This document shows, one piece after another, positions 13,366 through 24,513 of a stretch of 64,000 bases of DNA. Where the stretch lies: the NCBI RefSeq assembly GCF_011386835.1, contig NC_088796.1, forward strand, positions 82,832,001-82,896,000. Direction: 5' to 3'. Each line of letters opens with the position of its first letter. Position 1 is the first letter of the stretch. The stretch comes from Chrysemys picta bellii. Taxonomy: Eukaryota. The notes beneath the pieces were generated by a model that was given only the letters and a program-made list of their open reading frames with translations, was not told the origin of the DNA and did no database searches. The position numbers and the translations under genes were made by a program.

Positions 13366-14705
13366 CTGAATTAACCCATAAGGGACCATATGGTGAACTT
13401 CTATAGGAAGGAGCTCCCTGGAATTGCACAGAGAAGATTTTAAAAAATGCTGCTATTATGAGGACTGTGATCACCAGGACCAGGGGCGTAGAGAGAGATG
13501 TCCTTGGTGTGGCCTATATTTTTATTTTCTTAGGGCCTGAATAGATGCAAGAAGTGGGTAGGATTTGGTGTTAACTAAGAGTGTCCAGAGTCTTTTAGGT
13601 AAGGAAAAACTATACTGCACTACCATTAATGGGAATGTGAGTTAAGTGCAAAATCCTTTTGCATCAGTGAGAGATTAGAACATATTGTGAATATGATTTT
13701 AGTGTCTATATACTGTGTTCCCCAGCATAACTCATCAACAGCATCTTCAAAAGTTACTTTTATGCCACTTCCACGCAGCTGACAAGAACACTTGACATTT
13801 TGAGAAGGTTTAGAATTAAAAACATTCACAGTTCTTGTTGATCATGTAACTCATTGGCAAAACACCACTGTTTAAATATCATGTTCAGTCATCACTGGAT
13901 TGCAATCTAATGAGTGTAAAAGACAAATACTTCACAAAAGTGACTTGTTTTGTAACTTTTTACATTTCAAACCTGCAAAATTAAAAATACACTTTCTTAC
14001 CCTGTAATATCACTTTTAAGCGCAGCATGTAGTCATACTCTACTTTATGAAAAGTAATAAGGCACACACTAAATAGTTATGAATGTCTATCGTGCACAAA
14101 ATAATGGGCCTGATCCTGCATGCCCTACTCATGCAAAACTCCCAGTGTAATTAATAGGCATTTTGCCTGAGTATGATGTGCAAAAGTGAATCTAATATTC
14201 AGAGCTGCTTTTGTTATGTCCATTTTCTATCTTGCCTTTGAATATCTTGAAGTTCAAGGATGTGTTTGGCCATTATAAGGTAGCAACATTCCATGTCTTC
14301 CCCATTAAGAAGAAAATGCAATATCCTCTTTCTTCCAACTGAGATACTCATGGTTTGACTCTTTCCTCTAATTGAAATGACAAGTGCTATAGAATTCATA
14401 ATTTGGCATGGATGGAAGAGTGGGCCCACTGACATATTTAATTCATTTGTTTGTTTGTTTAGGTTTCCAGTACATAGTCTTGAATAAAAATGACTTTCTC
14501 AAATGTATATCTGCTGAGAGTGGCTGCACTGTACTGCACAAATGACTGCCGCCTGAGGAAAACCAAAACAAGCATTTTGCCAGTATCAACATACACAATG
14601 GAAACAAAGTTTGCAGTAATTTTAAGAAGTATTGCTGCCAGCTTGCAGATCCGAACTTGCCTCTTGATGAAGTTTCGTATTTTAACCATGAAGACTGTTT
14701 GCATA

Positions 14706-14728
14706 GAAAGAGAGAGAGAGAGAGAGAC
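14706..14728. repeat. (AG)n microsatellite
   Basis: gaaagagagagagagagagagac. Confidence 0.9.
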
Positions 14729-15589
14729 TGTGGGCCAAATTCTGTTTCTAGTTACACTGTCATAAATCCAGAAGAAATCCATTAAAATCAAATAGCTACA
14801 CACCAGTCTGAGTTCAGAATTTATTCCACAGAGTACCATTTGTGTCTTTCCAAAGAGAAATGAAGCCAGGGATTCTGATCGCAGGTACACAGATGTAAAG
14901 TAGTACATATACACAGATGTGGACTAACTTCATTGACTCAGCCTGGGAGTTGACCTACACCTGGGTATGGGACTTTGGACCTTTGTTTGCAAACAAGGAA
15001 GTAAAACTAATCTAATTTAATTTTAAGCTCCATTGAAAACACAGGGAAGCAAACAATGTCTGAGAATAGAAAATCACAGAATAGGTAGGATAAAAACTAG
15101 CCAGAAATAGAATGAGGAAAAACTGGAACTGTGTATTTGAATCCTCCGAAACTTTTTGTTTGGAGACCTATATCCAGACCAGCCTGGTTTTAGTTTCTTA
15201 AAATAACCCCCTGCCTCATATTTTATATAGATGTGGGCCAAAAATGGGAACCATTTATCCAAATCACCCAGCCTTTAACTTTTAGGGTTCAGAAAAAAAT
15301 TGGACCTGAATGTAAATCACCCCTAGTTTGGTTTCTATAAAACCCAAACCACACTTCCACCCCCACTCCTATCCCCATATCTAAACTAAAGGCTAAGTCA
15401 GAGAACTAGAAGTGAAAGTGCAAAAACAACATATTTTTAAAAGTACCTATGCAATTTAAGAATCCAGTTCTAAAAAAAGATTAGGTTTGATATGGTAACA
15501 TTATGCAACTGCTGACTTATAAGAGACTAGAAAGATAATACAAATGAGATAGATGTTTCCATTCAGGAAAGCTATGGAAACAAGCAGGC

Positions 15590-15713
15590 CTGTTTTGGAA
15601 GCACACACTATCAGATTATAACAATCAAATGGCAGGGGTCTAGGAATTATTTTGGGGAAGTTTTCTGGCTTGTTATACTGGAGGTCAGACTCTGGCCGTG
15701 GAATCTATGAATC
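15590..15713 (+). mobile_element. Short CR1 3'-end fragment
   Basis: Contains gcttgttatactggaggtcagact..ggaatctatgaatc, a typical CR1 3' terminus. Confidence 0.55.
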
Positions 15714-16008
15714 TCCACAGACTTACTGTGACATTACATCCCAAATATATCTGTGTTAGATAGCTTGCATCTTGGCTGAGAATAGCTGAAATGCTGAAAC
15801 CTTTTCAAGTATAGGATGTGTATCCTGTTTCACTTCATTGCTTTGCTACATTATGTGGTAATTTCTTTCCTTGTGTGTGTTTATAGAAAGCTTGTTCTTC
15901 AGGTTAAAAAACAAGAATTGCTTTCATTGTTGGGTTTCTTCCAATTTCTACCATTAATTATAAACATATTTTCTTCAAATCTTTTCACGCTCATTTGTTT
16001 GGAGATTA

Positions 16009-16253
16009 GGGGCTTGGCTGCACTACCACTTACTTTAGTATAACTTACGTCACTCGGGGTGAATAATTCACACACCCTGAATGACGTAAGTTACACCAAC
16101 CTAAATTCCAATGTAGACAAAGTGATGTGACATAGCTATCGCCTCTGGCGGAGGTGGAGTAATTAAATCGACGAGCTAAGTCTCTCCCATCGGCTTAGAA
16201 CGTCTTCACCAGACACACTACAGTGGCTGTAGTGCTTTAGTGTAGACCAGCCC
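16009..16253. mobile_element. Harbinger-like MITE (GTCTACAC/GTGTAGAC type)
   Basis: Termini gggcttggctgcacta / tagtgtagaccagccc, with TTA on the left flank and retained CpGs. Confidence 0.6.
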
Positions 16254-17289
16254 TACATTACTTAAAGACTGGGGTGACATCACAGGTCCAAGAGGCCATA
16301 TTGTCCCACAGGGGAAAAAACATCCAGAATGAAATGTTTATCTATTTTTTTTTCTTTTTCTCCTTTGCACTAGTTTCCCATTACTGTTACTTCTGTAATG
16401 AGCTGGATTTTCTATCATCAGGAAGGCACTTTGCCAAGGGGTTTTCTGAGCATAACAAGCTCTTATTTCAGTCACAACTATAGCACTTTCACATTTAAAA
16501 GTTCTTTCTGAAAATATGCCAACTAACCACCAGATTATGTGGAAAAGATAAAAAACAAAACTGACAAAAAAAAAACTCTCAGAAAAAATCCAGATAGAGT
16601 TTAATGATCTTATGATGGGATAAGCTAATTTTCCCAGCATGCCACACATTCTTTCCAGCTCTCTTGATCTTTCCTTTTGGAATCTCTGGGAAAAAGATGG
16701 TTAAAAATCCTTTTGCTTTCCCCAGGTAAAGTAAGGACAGTTTGTGCTGAGTTTCTTTATTTCTGTAACATGCAGGTCAGAATCACTACAGTGGAGGATA
16801 GAAGCCAAGTGTTTAATATTCATCACTGTTTTGGGGCAGAGAGTGGTTTGGGCTATACATTGTACTAAATGCTCAATGTTAAATTGTAAAACCTGTGTAA
16901 CAGTGACTTCCTCAATGTGGAAAACATCTCTATGGGGCTATAATTAAATATTAGTGTAACTACCTGTAGGGAGTTAGATTTTAGAGCACTGCATAGAGAT
17001 ACAGAGCTCTTTTCTGATTCAACCTGATGTCAGATTAAATTGGTCCTATTAGCTCAAACCCAAGAATATAAAAGTGTGTGAGTTCTCTTGAGGCAGAGAC
17101 AGAGGGAAGTAGGGGCATGGATAGAAGGGCCCTGAAAGGAAATAGGATAGTCAGATTCAGGAGAAGTTTTGTTGTGGGGGTGTGTGTGGGGGTGTTTGCT
17201 GTGGTTTAAAATTAGCAACAAATACAAACACCGGAAGGGGTAAATTTGAAAGCTAGCCAGTGTGCATACTGTGTTAAGAGCAGGTAGAA

Positions 17290-18610
17290 CTCCACCTGCT
17301 TACAGATGATGTTGAGGTGGGACTGAACACTTTCTGCACAAAGTGGGTAAAACTGAATTGGTCCTGAAATTAGAATGGGACAGCAGAGACAACAGCAGCA
17401 TCAAACCCAGGCTGTTGCTGACCAGACTTATCGCAATATATGAAAAAGGAGGAGCGACAGTTTTTAGAGGCTCAGAAATTTGCCAGCAAACTCTACTTTA
17501 TATGTAGCTGTTTCCTATCCACACGGAACTGGAAAATGAACCATAGTTTTACTTGATTGTTTTCATACAGGCAACTACTGCACCTCAGTGAGAAGTGGTA
17601 TCCTGAGTTACCCATTTGGCAGCCCTGAACTGGGGCCTGAGTGAGGATATTGTTAGTTTGGACTGATTAATGGTGTTAGAAGAAGTACTGGTGGAGGTTT
17701 TGAAAGGTCTTTGGGTATGTACTACACTCCTTTGTTGGTGCCTGATAGACTGGGCAATTTATAGGCTCAAACTCAGGATTGAGACAGTAGAGGAACTAAT
17801 GGACATACTGATGTTGGAACAATACTTGGAAAGTCTGCCTGGGAGAGTGCGGACTTGGGTATGCCAGCACCAGCAAAATAAACTGGTAAAGGCCATGCAA
17901 TTACTGGATGAGAATCTGGAGGCTCAGTCACATGAGGAACCATCATGACGAGACCCTATTTGGACAGATGGAAGAGCCACCACAACGAAGAATGAAGACA
18001 CTTTAGGACACTAAGGAGGAACCATAAAGGACAAGGATGTCCATTCAGAATCCAGGAAGGATATACCAGCTCCACCTACCATCTGTTTCCATTGTTGAAT
18101 ATAGGGATATGTTAAATCTCCCTATCTCATGATGGAATGTGACTGAAGGGAAATATTTGGACTTACTGAAATCACAAGGCCCTGAGCTCCTATGGGATGT
18201 TCTGTGCCAGCTCAAATAGAAGGGGTGGTGATATCATGCCTGGGGGACTTGGATGCTCCCAAATGTTAGTACTGGAGAGCTCTGGAAAGCTGACCTACTC
18301 CTACAACATAACCTTTGGCTTCCCTCTCCCTATGAGTAAGAGAATCAGATAGGCTAACTTTCTGTGGAGTTTAACTCTCAGTGGAGGTATCTCTCTCCTT
18401 ACCATGGACTGTGGCCTTGGTAGATACTAGAAGCACTTTCCTAGTCCCTGGCCATGGAACTTGCTTGTGGCCCTGAAAGGAAAATGTCTCAGGCAATGAG
18501 GAGACCAGCCAGGGTACTTTGGGTGTTGGGTCCCAAATGTGGTGCACAGAGGGAAAAAATATGTGACCACATTATGGACATTGCTCTAGGGGTGGGGGTT
18601 GTATGTAACA
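17290..18610 (+). mobile_element. Decayed, internally deleted Gmr1-like Ty3/Gypsy LTR retrotransposon (gag with SCAN domain, zinc knuckle, protease relic)
   Basis: Contains DDVEVGLNTF (~17305, gag N-terminal motif) and SCAN-like TVEELMDILMLEQYLESLPGRVRTWVCQHQQNKLVKAMQLLDE (17784-17912). A broken CCHC knuckle CFHC*I*GYVKSPY lies at 18084-18125, and a protease-like VPAQIEGVVISCLGD/GCSQMLV at 18204-18271. Purine tracts followed by TGT at ~18548-18568 and ~18588-18610 are possible PPT/LTR starts. Boundaries are approximate. Confidence 0.75.
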
Positions 18611-21600
18611 GGATGTTAAGTTTATTAACTTCCAGACATTTTTCATTATTGTCCTTGCTCCTTTGGCTCCTTATAAAATATGTTTATGTTGAAACACATT
18701 TGAACATTTTGTATACATGTAAAAATAGCTACACAGAATGCTGTGAATGATGTAAAGATGAAAAGGTGTTCTCCTACATGCCTTGTTCATGGGAAACATA
18801 GCTTTTAAAAACAGTAAAATCCATTAGGGAATGCACCCACCTCCTAACCCTGGTTTTCCTACAGTTCAGTGGTATCAGAGCTAGGCTTGCCTCAAAGTGA
18901 ATCTGTGGTTCCTTCCTTTGTGATGTCTGCTGACGCTGCAGAAACTCTACTTTTCCTTTGTGTTAGTCAGAGGTCGCGTTAATCTATTGCATTAGTTTCA
19001 CTAAAACTATTTTGGATTTTGGCTACTTTGGCTTGCTTCTGCTGCTATTCTGGCGTGGCCCAGTTCGATCATCTTGAACTTTGTAATGGAAAATCCAAAC
19101 AAACATCTAACAAATGCAAGATGTCTGTGACAGACACCCATGAGAAGCGTTTGATGTCTGGGTAAAGGGCATCTGACTGAAAAAAATGTTTGCCCTTTGT
19201 GGCTTTATCTAGCAGACCATAGAAGTAAATGACACAAAGTAACCATTCTTTTTCTCTTAGTGCTCATCGTCTCCTTTTTGTTTGATCGTGCTGTCATGTG
19301 ATAATGGGGAGCCTCTGACTCAAGAGTAATTTCCGTGATGACATATATCTTGCACAGAGGGGTTTTACTCTCTGCTGTTAAAAGGAGATCACAATGTGGT
19401 CTAGAGATAGGACTCCGGAGTTCTATTCTGACCTCTGCCATTGGCATACTGGGCTAGTCATTTAACTGCTCTGTGCCTCTGGCCTTGTCTACACAGCAGC
19501 ACTCAGTCATTTGTGCTTCTAGCAGTTATTTTGCATAGATTATGTACAAATGACTGATGGCATATGCACTAAAAACCCCAGTTAGTGTAAGGTTTGCCCT
19601 TGCATCTGCCATAGGGCCAGTCACCTTACACCAATTCAGATGGGTAGTGCCCCTCCTTGATCTATATTTCATCAGGATCGCTAGCCAAGGGCCTGCAGAG
19701 CTGAAGAAGAAGGAATTTCTAAGGTGGGATAATGTAGGTGGAGGCATAGCTAGTGGGAGGAGCTATAGTGAGGGGGATTTGTGGGCTAAGGGGGAATGTT
19801 GTTGGGGATGTGGGCAGCAGAGAGGGATCTCTTAGCTAGTGAATGAAGGAGATTCACTGGCAGAAGGAGCTATCAGCGTTGACGGTGCACTGATTGCCAG
19901 TGTGTTGCATCTGCATTTGCATGCAAGCCACTGACACTCAGCTAACTGAGACTCCAGGCTTAACCCTACATATTTCAATGATAAGTTGCACCAGTTGTTG
20001 CCTCCTGAGAACCATTTGAAGTACTTTGGTACAAGGTGCTTTTCAATCAGTCGAGAGGGACCAATCAGTGGAGATTTCTCTGCTGTAGACAAGGCTAGAA
20101 TTTTGCCACCTGTGAAAAGAGGAGAACAATATTTTCCTGCTTCACAGGAATATTGGTAGATTTAATTCATTAATGCTTATAAAGCTGTCTGAGATCCTTA
20201 GAGTGAAGATCCATAGCAGTGCAGAGTCATATGTAGTGGGCTGAATTCGCCCCTGGGTTTTGTGGACAGAAGAGGAAGGGAAAATGTCATCAGCTCATCC
20301 CGGGGGCACTCCTAAAGCATCTTCCATAATAGGATTTCAAATAGCTTTGCAGGCATGCATAAAGCTTCAGAATACCCCAGTGAAATAAGGAGGTAAGCTA
20401 TTGCCATTTCACCCATGGGGAAGCTGAGGCACAGAGCTTAATGTGGTGTTTTTTCAGGGATGCTAAGTACCAACCACTCTGCTAAAGTCAATGGGAGCAG
20501 TGGATGCTCCCACCACCCCCAAAAGTCAAGACATGTGGGATTTGCCCATTGTAACCCAGCAAGTCTATAGCAGAACCCAGTCTTCCTGCATCTATGCTTC
20601 ACTTCACCTCCTATGCTTCCTTTCTCTCCCCCCTCCATTTTTCTATTGCTAGCAAATCACACTGAGGGAAAATGTTTCTTAATGTCCATAATTTAAGAGA
20701 GTTATTTATAGCTGGTGAGTTAAAAGCATATGCTTACGGCACTAGAAGTCAGGGGCTTGGGAATGTAAAGTCAGAATGTTCATAACCAGCACCTGACAGT
20801 GCCTTCTGGTGGGAAGCACTGGCAGACTTTAAAACGCTCTGTTAATTATTGTTGACATTGTATAGAGTGCTTCATGCTGTTCTTTTACTGCCTCCCTCAA
20901 CTTAAACTGCTTTCAGAAAGTGCTTTTTCCACTCTGCAGACTGTGGAAACCCATATACTGTACAGCAGTGACAGATGTGTCTTTGTTTTAGAAGAAGCCG
21001 TTTCTTTCAACGCTGGATGTATATGGAGCATTTCATGTTGGTGCCTTCCAGAAAGATATTAAAGCAGAGTAGAAAAACTCGAAGTATTTTGCCCTCCGAC
21101 GCTGATGCAACAGCAATACTGAAAACATTTGCACTGGAACTTACAACAGGTGATCATGAACATTGTGTCAGCCAACCAATTATGTGAGGAAACACTGCAG
21201 TAAGCTTTACACCACACAGTGTGTGGTGATGGCCAGTGATATGACTAGCTAATGGAGCTATGCATACTTACAGCTATAAGAAACTCTGTTTTTTTCAGTG
21301 GGTTTAAAATGGCTGATGTGCTAAAATACTTTTTTCTCTGTTTTTGCTATTTTGACAGCAAGTAGTTGGCCTTGGGTACTTATTCTCCTAACTGACTTCA
21401 GAAAGAGTCCTCACTCACCTCCCTGAAGCATCTCCTATGCCAACATTTGTGTAATCTGACCGTGTGTGCTAATGTTATCCTTCATGGTGGATTCTCCCTA
21501 TTTTATCATTGTCGGTGCACACCAGTCCTTTATCTTAGCCTCCCAATCAGTGGCACTTCCTGAACTAGCTGTTAGAGAGTGAAGCATCTTATTTACATTC

Positions 21601-21968
21601 ACTAGATCAGAGAGAAATGTTTCATTTTTGAACAAGCAAATGTGTGCTACTGACTGACTTCCAGGTTCCATTACAAATTAAAATAACATTATTGCTGTTT
21701 AAGCACCATTATTTCAATACTGTTAAACAGTGTCTTGAGTTATCATGGGATCAGGTTTATCATGTATTTTCTTCCACATGGAATCTTTCTAGGCAATGCC
21801 ATCTAGAACCAGTGGCCATCAAACTGCAGATAATGGAGCAAAGCTGAGTGTTCCCATTAGTGCTGTAACGATACTGACACACTCTACCTTGACTGTTCCC
21901 TTAGCACAGATTCTAGCAACTTATGCTAAACAATCTGTTCCATCTTGCATTTAGTTGTGAAGCTCGGC

Positions 21969-22068
21969 ATACTTTTCCTGGACCTGATGAAGAGCTCTGT
22001 GTGGCGCAAAAACTTGTCCCTCTCTCTTACAAAAGTTGGTCCAATAAAAGATATTACCTTGTCTCACT
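21969..22068 (+). mobile_element. Second Penelope-like family 3' fragment with decayed hammerhead motif (21981-22018)
   Basis: Reads GAC CTGATGA AGAGC TCTGTGTG GCGC AAAA ACTT GTC. Helix I (GAC/GUC) and the CUGAUGA core are intact, but GAAA is mutated to AAAA. AATAAA follows at 22043-22048. Confidence 0.55.
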
Positions 22069-24319
22069 AACACAGTTAATAATTTGATTGTAAAACCTTG
22101 TACAAAGCACATCCACTTTATATGTGGGGTAATTTTACATCACTTGCATTTGATAATGTCACACAATGAACAACTCATCTGGATCTAATAAATACCAACT
22201 TATAAATAAAATCCCCTCTACAGTATACATCTCAATAAAATGCCTTCAGCCCATCTCCTCCTCAAATAATCAGGAAAATTGAATCTTTGCAGCGTGTCTG
22301 GAATACTAATGAATCCAGACTCTGCTAGATTGACAATTGGCTAGAGAAGACATTTTTAAAGGTGTGGAGGGGGAGGAGGGATCACCCTTTAATTGTCTCC
22401 CTTGTTGACTACTCCATTGAAGTTCAGTAAGCCAAATGAGATGGAGGGCCGCTATCTTTTCTCTTCTCCCACATTTCACAAATATGCTATGGAGATGATG
22501 GAGAAGGAAAAGGGTACTTCTCTTAATAGAGATGGGGACAGGAATAGTTACCTTGCTGCAGCATTCATAGAGACAGCTCGACATATGGTGCTGTAGTACA
22601 TCCAGAGATTGCACCATGGATAGAATGCAGTTTCCCTTTGCTAGATTTTGAAGTTTCTTTTCTCATAATCCTCTCATTGTTTGGGCACAATCCTCTTCCA
22701 TACGCTTATGCTTTTCCATTGCTAGGTGATTTTCTCAGTTGCTGGTGAATGTGTGACCCTTTTGTTATGCATACGAAGTGTTAATTCCTTGGTATTTAAT
22801 CAGGCTAAAGTGAAAAGTGCTTGCATTGAAAATCATTTTCAATGGAGATAGGTAATTGATTTCATTTTTTTTTAATAAAAGCCACCTCTTTGAACCTTAC
22901 CAATTTGGAAAATTTAATGTCAAAAATGCTTCTAAAACTTTGAAACAGAAGGGGAAGGGGAGAGAGAGAGGCCTTTTTAAGTACATGTCAAAATACATTT
23001 CTACCCTCTTGCTAATGGCTTACAGTGGATGAAAAAGCAATATATCAAGTAAGTACAGGTGTGTCTGAATGGAATTAGACAAGAGATTATGAAGGGAGTT
23101 AACAGTGTGGGAAAGCTATATCTTTTCCCTCCCTGCACCCACAATATGTTGGCTCCTCTAAGTTTTCTAAGTAGGTAGAAAGACAGTTTAACATGAAGAG
23201 AGAGGATCCTAATAATTCAGTTGTATAAAATGGATTGATAAAGATGCCTTCCCACAGCTCACCCACCAGAGACTGGTGAACACAAGAAAATGTGGGCCTT
23301 GTCTATAAATGTTATCTTGTCGGGGGGATGGAGGGAGGCATGGTTTAACATGACAGGCCCTCCCAGGAGAGCTAAAGATAGCTAAAGCTGTGGGATGGAA
23401 GCTGTGGTTGACAACTTTGCTCCTCTGTCCCAGTAGAACTCTCTACAATAAAGGTAAAGCTCATCTGTGCAGGAGGCAGGACTTTATTGAGGACTAGTCT
23501 GAGACTATGGAATGAAAAGTTCCAAAACAAGACATTCCATTATGCACTTTTCCCCCTGGGGAGAAGATGAGGGAACATGTGACAGATGTTGTGTAGATTC
23601 ATAGATTCCAAGGCTAAAAGGGACCACTGTGATCATCTATCCAGACCTTCTCTGTAATACAGGCCATGGAACTGACTCAAAATAATTCCAGAACAGATCT
23701 TTTAGAAAAACATCCAAACTTGATTTAAAAATTGTCAGTGATAGAGAATCCACCACAACCCTTGGTAAATTGTTCCAGAGGTTAATTACTCTCTCTCTCT
23801 CTCTCAAAAAAAAATGTATGCCTTATTTCCAGTCAGAATTTGTCTAGATTGAGCTTCCAGCCATTAGATCATGTTACACCTTTCTCTGTTAGATTGAGGA
23901 GCCCATTATTAAATATTTGTTCCACAGGAAGATACTTATAGACTGTAATCAAGCCACTCCTTAACCGTCTCTTTGTTAAACTAAATAGATTGAGCTCTTG
24001 GAGTTTATCATTTTTTCTAAGCCTTTTAATCATTCTTGTGGCTCTTCTCTGAACCCTCTCCAATTTATCAGCATCCTTCTTCAGTTGTGGGCACCAGAAC
24101 TGGACATAGTAATCCAGCAGTGATTGCACCAGTGCAAATACAGAGGTAAAATAACATCTGTACTCATACTTGAGATTCTACTGTTTATGCATCCCAGGAA
24201 TATATTGCCTCTTTTGGCCACAGAATCAGGGAGTTCATGCTCAGCTGATTATCCACCAGGACCCCAAAATCTTTTTCAGAGTCACTGTTTACCAAGATAG
24301 AGTGGCCCATCCTGTAAGT

Positions 24320-24513
24320 GCAGCAAAGAGTCCTGTGGCATCTTATAGACTAACAGACGTATTGGAGCATGAGCTTTTGTGGGTGCATCTGACGAAGTGG
24401 GTATTCACCCATGAAAGCTCATGCTCCATACGTCTGTTAGTCTATAAGGTGCCATAGGACTCTTTGCTGCTTTTACAGATCCAGACTAACACGGCTACCC
24501 CTCTGATACTTGA
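24320..24513. mobile_element. Penelope-like fold-back insertion (copy B) inside a CR1 element
   Basis: 12-bp TSD CATCCTGTAAGT at 24308-24319 and 24514-24525. A ~65-bp inverted arm (24320-24385) is complementary to ~24406-24470. Confidence 0.75.
24385..24424 (+). ncRNA. Minimal type I hammerhead ribozyme motif with canonical core (copy B)
   Basis: Reads GCAU CUGACGA A GUGGGU-AUUC-ACCCAU GAAA GCUC AUGC. The CUGANGA/GAAA core is canonical and the predicted cleavage triplet is CUC. Confidence 0.8.

Noticed and set aside
17670-17948. ZSCAN/SCAN zinc-finger host gene
   Set aside because: No C2H2 array or KRAB exon was found, and the flanking knuckle and protease relics point to a retrotransposon gag.
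22306-22617. QGRQLKGDPSSP as reverse-transcriptase motif B'
   Set aside because: Only a weak single motif with no YADD or other RT motifs in register. It could be an ancient LINE but cannot be supported.
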